Shown: positions 1 through 10,853, counted from the first letter of the stretch. The stretch is DNA of 64,000 nt from an uncultured bacterium (GCA_963736115.1 CAVTNR010000012.1:92147-156146); one strand, 5' to 3'. Notes: generated from the sequence alone by a model not told the origin. Translations and numbers: made by a program.

Positions 1-1017
1 TCTTTGGAGAAATACATACGCGTGGCCGCGGAGGTGTCGCCCGACCACCCGGTTCTGGTCGACCGCTTCCTCGAGGACGCATTCGAATTCGACGTGGACG
101 CGGTGCGGGACGGCAAAAAAACCCTGATCTGCGGCCTCATGCAGCACATCGAAGAGGCGGGCATTCACTCCGGCGACAGTTCCTGCGTCCTGCCGCCGTA
201 CATGATCGACGCCGAGCAGAGGCGGATCATCATCGAGCAGACCAAACGCATGGCCGAGATGCTCGACGTGAAGGGCCTGATCAACGTGCAGTTCGCCATG
301 CGCGACGGCGAAGTTTTCGTGCTCGAGGTCAATCCCCGCGCTTCCCGGACCGTGCCCTTCGTGTCCAAGGCCACGGGCATTCCGTGGGCCAAGGTCGCGG
401 CCAAGGTGATTGTGGGGAAAACTTTCGAGGAACTGGGGATCCGGGAGGCGGAGGATTCGGGCCGGATTGCGGTCAAGACCCCGGTTTTTCCGTTCGTCAA
501 ATTCCCCGGCACGCGTACCTACCTGGGACCCGAGATGCGCTCCACGGGCGAGGTGATGGGCGTGGACAAGGCGTTCGGCGCGGCATTCGCCAAGGCCCAG
601 CTGGCCGCCGGCAACCGCCTGCCCGTCAAGGGCGGGGTGTTCATCAGCGTGAACGACAATGACAAGCCCGCGGCCGTGGCCATCGGCCGCCAGCTCTACG
701 AGTTGGGTTTAAAAATATTTGCCACGGAGGGAACCTATCGGGCCTTCCGGAAAGCCGGGATTCCGGCCAAGGCGCTCCACAAGGTTGAGGAAGGCCGGCC
801 GAACTCGGTGGACGGCATCATCAACCGCGAAATCGACCTCATTATCAACACGCCCCTCGGCAAGACGGCCCGGCACGATGAGTACAACATCGGACGCGTG
901 GCCATTGCCTACAACGTGCCCTTCCTGACCACGCTTTCCGCGGCCTGGGCGGCCGTGCAGGCCATACGCACGATGCAGTCCGGTGCGCTCGGCATACACG
1001 CGCTGCAGGACGGGTGA
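1..1017 (+). CDS. carB: carbamoyl-phosphate synthase large subunit, C-terminal part (oligomerisation + MGS-like domain); 5' truncated by window edge
   Basis: ORF 4..1017 in frame with position 1; conserved CarB C-terminal motifs (GIHSGDSSCVLPPY, MGS-like tail); ends with TGA. Confidence 0.85.
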   Translation, partial: SLEKYIRVAAEVSPDHPVLVDRFLEDAFEFDVDAVRDGKKTLICGLMQHIEEAGIHSGDSSCVLPPYMIDAEQRRIIIEQTKRMAEMLDVKGLINVQFAMRDGEVFVLEVNPRASRTVPFVSKATGIPWAKVAAKVIVGKTFEELGIREAEDSGRIAVKTPVFPFVKFPGTRTYLGPEMRSTGEVMGVDKAFGAAFAKAQLAAGNRLPVKGGVFISVNDNDKPAAVAIGRQLYELGLKIFATEGTYRAFRKAGIPAKALHKVEEGRPNSVDGIINREIDLIINTPLGKTARHDEYNIGRVAIAYNVPFLTTLSAAWAAVQAIRTMQSGALGIHALQDG

Positions 1018-1307
1018 TCGGCCCAACCCGTTCGCCCTGAGCGAAGCCTGCCCCGAGCATTGCCGAGGGGTCGAAGGGCGAAAGTCGGAACTCACAAGAG
1101 ATCGCGCCAGGGTCGTCCCCCGGCGCGATTTTTGTTTGACCGTGTCATTGCCTGATGACGGCATGGGAGACGGCACCCTGCTTCAAGAAGGCAACGGTTT
1201 CTCGTACCGTGCGCTTTCGGTCAATCATTCCGAATGAGCTTGACTTCATCTTCATATTTTATTAAATTACTTTGTATTTTAAAGACGACCCCAGACGGAG
1301 CGTTCCA

Positions 1308-1901
1308 ATGGATAAGAAACAAGCTTATCAGGAATTGACTTTCATTAAAAAGTTCATGGAAGACAGCCAGAAAGCGCTGATAGACAACGGCATTTTCATT
1401 ATCCTGATGAGTCTCTTCGCCCTTTTAGGCGTGGCACTGAAAATCTTTAAGGATTTCATCGGTCTTGAAATCGACAATCTTTTTATCTATATCCCGCTGA
1501 TTGCGGCAGGCGTCGTTTTCGCCGCCGTTTACAAGATCCGCCTGTACGCGAAATCAGGCGGAAAAACCTACGCCTCCAGGACCATCGACGGCATCTATAT
1601 GGCATTCGTCATTTCCGCCTCCACACTGGGAATTATCGGATATTCCAGCGGCGGAATACCGCCTTTTTCTGTGGCCCCGGTCATTTGCGTTCTATTCGGC
1701 TTCCATCAATACGTTTGCGGTCTTCTCTTGAATCATCGCCTGATTTCTGCCACTGCGTTTGGATGGTGGATTTCATCCATCGGCATGTTTCTATGGCCCG
1801 GGGAACATTCCGTCATCGGCGTCGGAATCCTGTTGATCCTTTTCCAGATTATTCCCGGCCTCTCTCTGTACCGTAACCGGAAAATACGGAAAAATGGCTG
1901 A
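1308..1901 (+). CDS. hypothetical multi-pass membrane protein
   Basis: ATG at 1308 preceded by GACGGAG RBS-like; hydrophobic segments; 8-nt overlap with downstream regulator suggests operon. Confidence 0.5.
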   Translation: MDKKQAYQELTFIKKFMEDSQKALIDNGIFIILMSLFALLGVALKIFKDFIGLEIDNLFIYIPLIAAGVVFAAVYKIRLYAKSGGKTYASRTIDGIYMAFVISASTLGIIGYSSGGIPPFSVAPVICVLFGFHQYVCGLLLNHRLISATAFGWWISSIGMFLWPGEHSVIGVGILLILFQIIPGLSLYRNRKIRKNG

Positions 1902-2187
1902 TTTCAATTACCAGCAATTGGATGAAATCATTCATTCCAGGATCCGGCTGGCAATCATGTCAATACTGGTCGGCATCGATCAGGCGGAATTTACGTTTTT
2001 GAAGGAACAGGTCAAAACGACGGACGGCAACCTGAGCATCCATCTGAAAAAACTGGAGGACGCCGGTTATATCGCCGCGACAAAACGGTTCCTCAACCGC
2101 AGGCCCGTTTCGAGCTACCGGATGACGCCGAAGGGGAAAACCGCGTTCGAGAAATATGTGGCAAAGATCGAAAAACTGATCCGGTGA
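1894..2187 (+). CDS. winged-helix (HTH_34-like) transcriptional regulator
   Basis: 97 aa; motif RLAIMSIL...DGNLSIHLKKLEDAGYI typical of small wHTH regulators. Confidence 0.6.
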   Translation: MADFNYQQLDEIIHSRIRLAIMSILVGIDQAEFTFLKEQVKTTDGNLSIHLKKLEDAGYIAATKRFLNRRPVSSYRMTPKGKTAFEKYVAKIEKLIR

Positions 2188-2243
2188 TTTTTTTTCGCTA
2201 CTTACTTTATTTTTCAAAGTACTCATTTGACCGGAGTTGCCCG

Positions 2244-2687
2244 ATGAAACATGTTCTGCGGCTGGATGTCCTGCTGATGCTCATTTGCCCGGTCCTATAT
2301 GCTCAGGATTCGCCTCGCACCGGCGATCTGACCGTCATCGTTTCCGGATTGAAAAGCGACAAGGGTGACCTCAAAATCGGACTGTTCAATTCAGCCGGAA
2401 GTTTTCAGGGGAAATCAACCAAATTCAGGGGATCCGCCCTTCCGATCACGGGCCGGCGGGCGCAATGGCTGATCGAGGACGTTCCACTCGGAGAATACGC
2501 GGTCAAGCTGTTTCATGATGAGGACATGGACGACCGGGTGGACCGGAATTTCATCGGCATGCCGTCCGAAGACATCGGTTTCTCGAACCATGCGAGAATC
2601 GGCCTGACCGGGCTCCCCGGTTTCAACAGGGCCAAATTTCGTCTCGATTCCGCGGAAATGACCATTGTGATCGAATTGAATCGGTAG
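2244..2687 (+). CDS. DUF2141-like secreted protein
   Basis: signal peptide; GDLKIGLFNSAGSF motif characteristic of DUF2141; RBS GGAG at 2233. Confidence 0.55.
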   Translation: MKHVLRLDVLLMLICPVLYAQDSPRTGDLTVIVSGLKSDKGDLKIGLFNSAGSFQGKSTKFRGSALPITGRRAQWLIEDVPLGEYAVKLFHDEDMDDRVDRNFIGMPSEDIGFSNHARIGLTGLPGFNRAKFRLDSAEMTIVIELNR

Positions 2688-2705
2688 CGGGAAAGGAGCC
2701 GCTTC

Positions 2706-3161
2706 ATGAATTTCAGAAGAATAATGTCAATCGGCATCGTGTCGGGGATCAGCATGACGCTCGGGCTTTTCATCGGAGGAGCCGCATTTGCCCGTCTCAT
2801 TTACGGGCCGCAATTCGTCCCGCCGGGCAAATTTGAAGCGGAACAAATCAATCCGTTCTATTTCTTCTGGACCAAGGCCGTGATCGGCGTTTTTTTCGGA
2901 ATCCTGTTCACGCTTTTTTATGAACTGCTTCCTCTGGCAAAAAGGATCCGGGGGGCGTTCCAGGGCCTGAAATACGGTTTTTTCTTCTGGCTGGTCCTGA
3001 CCGCATGGGATATCTCCCATCCCCTGGTGTATGATTCCATCCAGAACAAGGACCAGTTGTTCTGGACAGTCTATTCCCTGGTCGGATTTCTGGCGTACGG
3101 ATTCACGGCAGGCGGTCTGTATCAAAGGAAAAAAGGCGGCCGGCTTCCTGCGGCAGGTTGA
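2706..3161 (+). CDS. hypothetical membrane protein
   Basis: 151 aa, 4 predicted hydrophobic helices. Confidence 0.45.
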   Translation: MNFRRIMSIGIVSGISMTLGLFIGGAAFARLIYGPQFVPPGKFEAEQINPFYFFWTKAVIGVFFGILFTLFYELLPLAKRIRGAFQGLKYGFFFWLVLTAWDISHPLVYDSIQNKDQLFWTVYSLVGFLAYGFTAGGLYQRKKGGRLPAAG

Positions 3162-3274
3162 CCGATTGGACATCCGTCGAACCGGCCGGACGGGCGTTGC
3201 CTCTCATGGATTTCACCCTTCAGTGTTTCATTCCATGAACCCTACAGCCGCCCCGGGCGCCGCCCGGGCGGCTG

Positions 3275-6184
3275 TTATTTGATATACGCCATCCTCCCCG
3301 TCCGCACGCCGGTTCCGGCTTCCAACCGGTACAGATAAACCCCGCTCGATAGTGCATCCGGGCGCCATTCGACATGGACCACACCGGGCTCCATGACCCG
3401 GTCGAGCAACAGGCATACCTCCTGTCCTCTGAGATTATAGACGGCCAGCCGGACAGCCGTTTTGGACGGAATCCGAAAATGGATGATCGTTGCCGGATTG
3501 AACGGATTGGGATAATTCCCGGCCAGGATGAAATCCCGGCCCGCAGGCCCGGCCGGCTCCCGGATCCCGCTCACCGGTGTGACGCCCGGCACTCCCCCCA
3601 CGCGTAAAGTGGGATCTCCGAACAGCGTGTATTTGAAAGTCTGGTGAAACCGGGCGAGTGGCGTCCAGTCCCAGATATCCGCCGTTCCCGGAAAACCGGA
3701 AGTGTCCGTGTACTCATGGGGCGTAATCGCGTGAATGGCATGCTCTGCGGTATACGTGGAAACCGCGTATTTCCACATGTCGCCGGCCAGGCGGTACCCT
3801 TTTGTGAAGGCCTCGAAAAACCAGGTGCCGTGGTCCTCTCCGGGACTCTGCATGCCGGTATTGGCGCCGTAATAAACGATGGCGCCCCTGTCAGGGTGCC
3901 TGCAGATCAAGAATTCCGGGTACGATCCGTCCTTGTCCCCCGGCTGCAGCGGATCCGGAACCGGCGGGGAACCGTCGCTGTTTCTGGACATGTTCGTTCC
4001 GGTCCCCGTGCTCTCATACAGATATCCATTGTACCGGACGCCGTCCGATCCGGTGAAACCCTGGTGCAGGAGATTGGTCGGCGCATACTCGCCCGCGCCG
4101 CATCCCGCGTGGAAAACAACGGGCAGTTTCTCCCGGCACACGCGCCAGTCGTCGTGAGCGCCCATGCCCCAGGCGCCGTGCCCGTTGTAGAGCAGAAATC
4201 CCATGCCTTTCAGGGAGCCGTTCACGAATACCGCGGGATCGATCGGCGTGTCCGCCGGATGCTCCGCATGCGTTTCATTGAACCCCGCGGCGGTCATGAG
4301 GGCTGATGTTTTCCGGGCGGCCTCGACCCACGAGGTCCAGTCCTGGTTGGCCAGGGTGTAGGAATCATTGAACCACCAGGCGTGGAACGCCCTGGACTCG
4401 TACTGCAGAACCTTGTGGATGTAATTCTGCGCCTCCTGGACGTTCGAGCAGGGAATCCGGCCCACGGCCACTTCCGGATAGACATGGAGGTTTTCGGGAT
4501 TGATGTCGTTCTTGTACATCTCGGCAAAATACCCGTCTCCGTCCGCATCCCAGTCGTGGAACTTTCCGTCAGCGTCGTATAAATCCGCGTAATAGAGATC
4601 CGTGGCAAAATAATTCGGCAGAAACATCAGCATGGCTTCGGTGGTCGAGTCTCCGGCGCTCCAGTTCCATCCCCAGCCGGGCCTGTCCAGAAATTCCTCG
4701 GGGAAGAAGTCTCCGTTCTCATACCCCGAAAGCGTGAAACGGACGGGCAGGAGCTCGGAATCTCCGAACAGCATCACGTGGCGCACATTATAATACCGGT
4801 AGTAGAAGTCGATCCCCTTCTTGATGCTCTCAGCCGAATCTCGGCCGTCGGTCATCGTCTGTACGTCCACCACATAAGTCCGGATCCCGGTGCTGTTTTT
4901 CCAGTCCACCAAAGGCTGAAGGGTTTCGATGAAAGGGGCGGCGGTCACGATCAGCAGATTCGCCGAAGTGACGTTCCAGGGCGCGTCGAAATACAGGCCG
5001 TTCCGGTCCGCGCCGGCGAAAATCGCGCCCCCGCCGGACGACCAGTTGCCGGGGGAATACACCAGTTTGGGCGCCACGTCCTCGGGCCAGGACGTGATGT
5101 CCGAGTCATTCACCGCCGTTTTCCCGTGCCATTCCGCCGGATCCGCGGCCGACGCCCACTGCCAGTACAGCGTGCGGCTCCTGCCCTCGTCGTCCCGTAT
5201 GTACAGCAGGTTCACGTATTCATTTGGCGTTTCGCGGTAGTTCTCGATGTCTGAAACATATTCGTCCACATTCAGGGAATCGGCGATCCAGATCTCGGAC
5301 GGCAGGAACCCGCTGGTGACGCAATCCTCCACCAGGTCGACCTGGTGGTCCCCGCGGTCGATGTTGAACATCGTCCAGGCCGTCAGTTCGTCGATGTTTG
5401 CCGCCGCCACATGGGGATCGTAGCGCACTTCCGGCAGGCTGGTCGCGGTCGAGGCCGTCTCCCAGTCGCTCCCTCCGTTGGGGGATATCATCACGGTGGT
5501 GTGATATCCCGACTCCTCAAAACCGCAATACCCGAGGCAGAGAATATGCTTGGGATTGACATCAATACTCACCCGGGTGCCGGATCCGGCCCGCCAGCCG
5601 AAGGTCCGTTCATGGCAGACCGTCCAGGCATGCAGGGTCAAGAACGAGCACGTCGCGGCTCTCAGCCGCTTGGAAACCGCGTCGATTTCCTCGAGCCAGG
5701 CGGCGTAGTACAGGTCGTTCATCCGGCATGCGTCGAAGCTGTTCTCGATAACCGGCCTGTCGCTGACCGCCATGACCACCATTGCCGGGGCCGAGGCCCA
5801 GGTTCTGGCGTCCTCCCAGTTCAGCCTGAAACAGACCAGCTTGCCGGAAAAGGGCGAATTCGGATTGGGCTCGCGATAAAAAATGACGAGGTGTTTCTCC
5901 TCGTCATGCACGATCAGCTTGAATTTTTTGATGGAGTGATAACTGTTCATCCGGTACAGTTCGTTCCAGGAGTATCCCCGGTTGCGGGACTCGTAGACGA
6001 TGATTTCAGTTCCGTTCTCTGGCTGAAAGACGACGAACATCGTGCCGTCCATGGCGTAATCGGCATCGAAGGTGCGCACATCGCCTTCCGTCCATATCGG
6101 GATGTCCAGGCCCCAGGCGGCCACCTCTGCGGGAATGCATGCGGCGAGACACACGCAGAGCAGGATCGGAAAAGTCTTTTTCAT
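3275..6184 (-). CDS. secreted peptidase C25 (gingipain-like) family protein with T9SS C-terminal sorting domain
   Basis: signal peptide; region LLIVTAAPFIETLQPLVDWKNSTGIRTYVV...HVMLFGD resembles C25 propeptide/catalytic N-terminus; NGHG and HAGCG motifs; C-terminal YPNPFNPATII...GVYLYRL = Por secretion tail. Confidence 0.65.
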   Translation of the reverse strand: MKKTFPILLCVCLAACIPAEVAAWGLDIPIWTEGDVRTFDADYAMDGTMFVVFQPENGTEIIVYESRNRGYSWNELYRMNSYHSIKKFKLIVHDEEKHLVIFYREPNPNSPFSGKLVCFRLNWEDARTWASAPAMVVMAVSDRPVIENSFDACRMNDLYYAAWLEEIDAVSKRLRAATCSFLTLHAWTVCHERTFGWRAGSGTRVSIDVNPKHILCLGYCGFEESGYHTTVMISPNGGSDWETASTATSLPEVRYDPHVAAANIDELTAWTMFNIDRGDHQVDLVEDCVTSGFLPSEIWIADSLNVDEYVSDIENYRETPNEYVNLLYIRDDEGRSRTLYWQWASAADPAEWHGKTAVNDSDITSWPEDVAPKLVYSPGNWSSGGGAIFAGADRNGLYFDAPWNVTSANLLIVTAAPFIETLQPLVDWKNSTGIRTYVVDVQTMTDGRDSAESIKKGIDFYYRYYNVRHVMLFGDSELLPVRFTLSGYENGDFFPEEFLDRPGWGWNWSAGDSTTEAMLMFLPNYFATDLYYADLYDADGKFHDWDADGDGYFAEMYKNDINPENLHVYPEVAVGRIPCSNVQEAQNYIHKVLQYESRAFHAWWFNDSYTLANQDWTSWVEAARKTSALMTAAGFNETHAEHPADTPIDPAVFVNGSLKGMGFLLYNGHGAWGMGAHDDWRVCREKLPVVFHAGCGAGEYAPTNLLHQGFTGSDGVRYNGYLYESTGTGTNMSRNSDGSPPVPDPLQPGDKDGSYPEFLICRHPDRGAIVYYGANTGMQSPGEDHGTWFFEAFTKGYRLAGDMWKYAVSTYTAEHAIHAITPHEYTDTSGFPGTADIWDWTPLARFHQTFKYTLFGDPTLRVGGVPGVTPVSGIREPAGPAGRDFILAGNYPNPFNPATIIHFRIPSKTAVRLAVYNLRGQEVCLLLDRVMEPGVVHVEWRPDALSSGVYLYRLEAGTGVRTGRMAYIK

Positions 6185-6493
6185 GGCATCCTCCCTCCCG
6201 GTGAAGAGTTTTCATGCCGGAAAAATGCGGCTATCTGTTTGATTTTTTAAGCCTGGATAGATCAGCCTCCTGCGGGATTTCGGAGCGGGGGATTTGACCG
6301 ATGACTGAAATGTACCGATATTCTTGAGAAAAAGACAGCTATATTATCGAAAAACCCTGCCGCAAGTCGTGGAGTATCGCAAGAAACTTGGAGTAGGGTT
6401 GCCGCCCCGCTGCTCGGGACCAGGCTATTATAAGCCTTCTGGTGGAAGACAGGCCCTGTTGCGAAACACCCGGTGAAACATCGATGGATTATT

Positions 6494-7450
6494 TCATGGA
6501 TACCACTGTCCGATAAAATAAACACCGGCGTCCTCTTCCGAGAAAACGGCCTGACGGCATAGAAATTCAGGGGGGAAATAATCGGGCGTGATGTTCCGGT
6601 TATTCGACCCGTCCGCATCCATCATGTACATGTCGTACTTCCCCGCTCCGGAAACCGCCGCCACGATGTAGACGATCCGATCATCCGTGGCGGACCATTC
6701 GGGCAGGCCCTGGGTGCAGGCTGTATGTGTCAACCGCGACTCCTGAAACCCCGCCGAATCGACCTTGAAAATGTCATACCCGCCGTTGGCCTGGCCGGCG
6801 TCCACCAATCGTTCGAAAACGACCCTGCTTCCATCCGAATTGAACCTGGGATCGTAATCCCCGGCCGGCAGATTGGCGCTCCCCCATTCGCCGGCATTCG
6901 GCGGGTCGGTCAGCCGCCGCGGATCCGTTCCATCTTCGCGAATCGTCCAAAGTTGACTGTCCCGTGTAAAGACGATCCGGCCGCCGCTTCCCCAATTCAC
7001 GTCCGCGTCATGGGTTCCGGAATCATAAAACAGCCTCTGATGGCCGCCGTTCGAGTCCATCATGAACAGATCCAGTGTCGATTGCATCGAAAGATAGACG
7101 ACCCGGCCCCCGTCCGGTGCAAAACCGGGATACACGTCCATGGCGCCGTTCCGGGTCAGGCGGGTCAATCCGGATCCGTCCACGCCGATCGTCATGATTT
7201 CATAATGGATGTCCGCATCCCCTTCGGCTTTCTGCGCAAATGCCAGCTTCCGGTTGCGGCGGTCCAGAGACAGGCCCTGGATACTCCGATCGTCGTCGTG
7301 AATCAGCGTGACATTTTCGGAGGTCAAATCCAGGCGGTAGATGCCCCAGTCCGATTCATGCGTCACGCTTTTACGCTCCGGAGACGTGGCTTGCTTGCAG
7401 GAACACAGAACCACCAGACAAACGGCCGAGAGAAGGATCCTGATTTTCAT
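6494..7450 (-). CDS. TolB-like WD40/PD40 beta-propeller lipoprotein
   Basis: ATG 7450 with GGAGG RBS; lipobox LCSC; repeated PD40-like segments. Confidence 0.6.
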   Translation of the reverse strand: MKIRILLSAVCLVVLCSCKQATSPERKSVTHESDWGIYRLDLTSENVTLIHDDDRSIQGLSLDRRNRKLAFAQKAEGDADIHYEIMTIGVDGSGLTRLTRNGAMDVYPGFAPDGGRVVYLSMQSTLDLFMMDSNGGHQRLFYDSGTHDADVNWGSGGRIVFTRDSQLWTIREDGTDPRRLTDPPNAGEWGSANLPAGDYDPRFNSDGSRVVFERLVDAGQANGGYDIFKVDSAGFQESRLTHTACTQGLPEWSATDDRIVYIVAAVSGAGKYDMYMMDADGSNNRNITPDYFPPEFLCRQAVFSEEDAGVYFIGQWYP

Positions 7451-7613
7451 ACGTGCCTCCGGGTTGACCGGAAAAGACACAATCGTCCGGCATTTCCTTG
7501 TCCGGGCCTGAAACGGATCTGATCTCTCCGGTGGTTTTTCCGGGATCCACCGGCTGTAACGACCCCGGACACCAGAAGTCCGGGTCCATCAGGGCAACCC
7601 TCCGATCCCGCCC

Positions 7614-8207
7614 TTAAAAAAAATTCTGCGCCAGAAACGGGATCCAGGCGAATGCGACGAACACGCAGGCGCCGACGCACATTTTAATCGCTGGTTTCAG
7701 CTTTCGTGCTGCGGCGCCGGATACCAGGCAGAGAACCATCGCCAGGATCCAGGGGCCATAGGCTGTGTTCACCATTTTTTTCCTGCGATGCTGCCAGGTC
7801 TCTTTGAAGTTTTGCTCGGGGAACAGCACTCGCAACCGGCCGTTTTCCGGAACATCCGGGTTGTACAGCACGGCCAGGGTCTGGCCCACGTGGACCTGCG
7901 CTTCGAGATCCGCACGGGACTGCACGGGACCCTTGACGTAACCGCCCAGGCTGAACTCCTCTTTCCGGCCCTCGATGGTGACGACGGCATAATGCTCGTC
8001 ATAAGTCCGGTTTCTGCGCATTTCGCCTTTTGAAAAAAACAGCCGGTCCACCGTGCACACGGCCGGCCTGTACCCGTCCGCGTGTATCAGGATCGCCACG
8101 CTTTTCCCGACGAAAAAGGCCGTTAGCATGGCCGTCCACATCGAAAGGACAATGGCTGTCAGCCCGAACAGTTTTCTAAGACCATCGAACAGGCTTTGCG
8201 CTTTCAT
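7614..8207 (-). CDS. DUF3592-like membrane protein
   Basis: N- and C-terminal TM helices flanking a beta-rich domain resembling DUF3592. Confidence 0.45.
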   Translation of the reverse strand: MKAQSLFDGLRKLFGLTAIVLSMWTAMLTAFFVGKSVAILIHADGYRPAVCTVDRLFFSKGEMRRNRTYDEHYAVVTIEGRKEEFSLGGYVKGPVQSRADLEAQVHVGQTLAVLYNPDVPENGRLRVLFPEQNFKETWQHRRKKMVNTAYGPWILAMVLCLVSGAAARKLKPAIKMCVGACVFVAFAWIPFLAQNFF

Positions 8208-8340
8208 GCTTCCTTCCCGGTCGCTTCGCGATACCTGACGATTCGCGGAGAAATGAAGGCCCCCGGTTTACTCTCAATACGCAATCGTATGGCATTGAAA
8301 GCACCCTCTCCCTCAAAACGCCTTCCATGTGAAAGCCGCG

Positions 8341-9282
8341 TTATTCCCACCCGTTTTGAATGCCGTGTTTGGCGATGTACCCGATGGCCTCGATTTCATG
8401 AATTTGGCCGTTCCGTATCTTGAAAATATGAGCGGCCGGGAGATCGAAAGGGCCCCAGGTGTTGGCTCTTTCGGTGATTCCGGGAACGCCTGTGATTTTC
8501 ATGATCTTGGGCTCCCCGTCATGCCTGAAAATGGAAAACGCGAACACCAGCCCCATTTCCTCGTCCACGGCCAGCAGACGGCGGCTGTCGATATCGGTGA
8601 TATAGCTCATGACACCGGTGCTGAGCTGGTCGCTGCATGTCATTTTTCTGAACACCGAGAAATCGTCCTGTGCGGCTTCTTCCGGGGTCTGCGTCTGATC
8701 ATTGGCGCTGATTCCGCCGTTCTCCCGCCGCTGGCAGTCCTCCGCGAAAGGCGCGACTTTACCGTTGTCCTGGACAATGGCCTCATAATACGAATTCGCG
8801 ATTTTCAGCATCCGGTCGCGCGGGACGCGTTCGGAGGGTTTCACGGGCTCAAGCAATCCGGGCCGCGCTTTCGACATATTGGGATTCAAGGCGGGTCCGT
8901 AGGGAGGAATCACCAGGTGGTCGATTTCAGTGATTTGACCGCCCGCCACCTTCAGCCGGATGGCGACAATGGCCGGCTTTTGCCTGTCCTGGATGACTCC
9001 GATGAATCCGATTTGCCCTTCGACCGGATCAGCCACGACGATTTTGAATTCCGTCGGCCCTGCCGTGGCCGTTTCCCAGAGTCCCTTTCCGACCGGCGTG
9101 ACAACCGTGTTTTCCACGAGCTTGACGTCTCCCGCAAGCGGCACGCCGGCGGGATCGTGATTTGCGAGAGCCGCGAGATACTGATCCATGAGCGCGACCA
9201 GGGCCGGCCGATTCATTTTCCCGGAGCAGGCAAAGGACCCGAGCAGGATCATCAGGCACATCGCTTTAACGCATGGGTTCAC
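8341..9282 (-). CDS. hypothetical lipoprotein (NTF2/SnoaL-like fold?)
   Basis: signal peptide with lipobox FACSG; preferred over antisense ORF 8329..9324 on basis of signal peptide and composition. Confidence 0.45.
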   Translation of the reverse strand: MNPCVKAMCLMILLGSFACSGKMNRPALVALMDQYLAALANHDPAGVPLAGDVKLVENTVVTPVGKGLWETATAGPTEFKIVVADPVEGQIGFIGVIQDRQKPAIVAIRLKVAGGQITEIDHLVIPPYGPALNPNMSKARPGLLEPVKPSERVPRDRMLKIANSYYEAIVQDNGKVAPFAEDCQRRENGGISANDQTQTPEEAAQDDFSVFRKMTCSDQLSTGVMSYITDIDSRRLLAVDEEMGLVFAFSIFRHDGEPKIMKITGVPGITERANTWGPFDLPAAHIFKIRNGQIHEIEAIGYIAKHGIQNGWE

Positions 9283-9385
9283 AACTCCTCCTCTTCTGAA
9301 GAATCGATATCGCCGGTCCCCTGATCCCCGGAGGTTCCGGACCCGGCATTCTTCCCTCTGCGGAAGGGGGCGTTTTTACAGAAGA

Positions 9386-10759
9386 TCACCTCACGCCGCT
9401 TCCGGAAACCACCAGGGTCCCGAAGCTGAGAGGCGGCATGTGGACCCCGTAAACGGCTTTTCGGACCTGAATCCGGGTAAAAACGGGATCCGTTTTCCTG
9501 TTGTACAGCGTCACGACGACGGTACCGGAGGGATCCAGAAATGCGACCGCATCCGCTTCAGGGGACAGTCCCTCGGTTTCGACCATCCGCGAACCGGGCG
9601 GAACGAATTTCGAGAAACTGCCGATGGCCCCGAACAGGGGCGTGTACCGGACCTGCTTCGTCGCGGGATCGACCGTGATCATGGAATTCTGCGGCCAGGG
9701 CTTTTTCGAGTCTATGCTCATGCCGTCCGGCTGGAGAACCATGTTCCAAAGCTCGTACACGGTCACGCCCGCCTTGAGCCAGTCGCGTATCTTGTCCCAG
9801 GTGAAGCCGGCATAGTGGATGTCGTTCTGCGGCATGTCCGGGTCGTGGTTCGGCATCCAGAACCAGTTGCCGCAGTCGGTTTCGGTCTGCCACACGGTCA
9901 GCCCCGGCGCGAAGGCCCTCAATTGATCCATAAACCCGATGCTGAACCACTGCATGCCCGCCAGGGAAACGAACCGGCGCGCGGCCGGATCGAGAAGCAC
10001 GGCAAGCGCGTGCCGGACGTTCGCGGGCTGGTTGAAGGTGCCGAGCATGACCGCGTCAAGCAGGCCCTCCTTCTCGAAAAGCGGACCGAGGTGATCGCGG
10101 ATGAATGTGAGGAACTGGGGCGGCGTCCAGTCGCAGGACGGGTAATTCGTATTCGTTCCCGGTTCATTCTGAACCGCCACCGCCTCCATCGGCAGTCCCT
10201 CCTGCCTGTATGCCCGGATGAACTTGAGGAGGTACAGCGCATAGGCCCGGTACATCATGGGATCGTCGATGAAATTGCCCGAGTCGAATGATGCATTGTC
10301 CTTCATCCACGTCGGCGGCGTCCAGGCGGAACCCCACAGCCTGAGCTTCGGCTGTATGGCCAGGGCTTCCTGGATGTACGGGATGACGCGGATTCTATCA
10401 CGCTCTATCGAAAATTGCTTCATCTCGTAGTCCAGCGGGATCTCGTTCAGGGAATACCGCTCCACGGCGTAGTCGTTCGCACCGACCGGCACGCGGCAGA
10501 CCGTGAATCCGATTCCTTCGACCGGATCGAACATCCGCCGCATGACCGCCGCGCGCGCCTGCCTGCTCAGCACGGAGAGCGCCTCCCAGCCCTTTTCGTT
10601 GAAGCATCCGCCGAATCCTTCCACGGTCTGGCGGGTCTTTCCCGGATACACGACGATGTTCGGCATGCCGGATCCGGCGTCTCTGACCGGATGTTCGACA
10701 AAAAAGGAATCGGAGGTTGAAACAAAAAAGCCTGCAGGGCCGGAGGATGGCGCGTTCAT
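9386..10759 (-). CDS. glycoside hydrolase family 30 protein
   Basis: GFGGCF...VGANDY N-terminal motif, W.PP.WMK, NEP acid/base motif typical of GH30. Confidence 0.75.
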   Translation of the reverse strand: MNAPSSGPAGFFVSTSDSFFVEHPVRDAGSGMPNIVVYPGKTRQTVEGFGGCFNEKGWEALSVLSRQARAAVMRRMFDPVEGIGFTVCRVPVGANDYAVERYSLNEIPLDYEMKQFSIERDRIRVIPYIQEALAIQPKLRLWGSAWTPPTWMKDNASFDSGNFIDDPMMYRAYALYLLKFIRAYRQEGLPMEAVAVQNEPGTNTNYPSCDWTPPQFLTFIRDHLGPLFEKEGLLDAVMLGTFNQPANVRHALAVLLDPAARRFVSLAGMQWFSIGFMDQLRAFAPGLTVWQTETDCGNWFWMPNHDPDMPQNDIHYAGFTWDKIRDWLKAGVTVYELWNMVLQPDGMSIDSKKPWPQNSMITVDPATKQVRYTPLFGAIGSFSKFVPPGSRMVETEGLSPEADAVAFLDPSGTVVVTLYNRKTDPVFTRIQVRKAVYGVHMPPLSFGTLVVSGSGVR

Positions 10760-10853
10760 GGTTATGCCTTTCTTCTGTGATGCGATCCGACTTCCCTTGA
10801 GAGCATGGGTTTGTACCGGTCAGGCGTCCACGAGGGAGGAAGGCGCCGCTCGG

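Noticed and set aside
8329-9324. Long plus-strand ORFs antisense to real genes (8329..9324, 9188..10291, 25112..26899, 33686..35470, 37179..38705, 57577..59007, 61624..62973) and minus-strand ones (40211..42052, 42204..44813, 48601..49968, 50966..53239, 54616..55815)
   Set aside because: High GC produces long stop-free antisense frames. These have Arg/Pro/Gly-rich low-complexity translations, no RBS or signal features, and overlap ORFs with clear domain content on the other strand.
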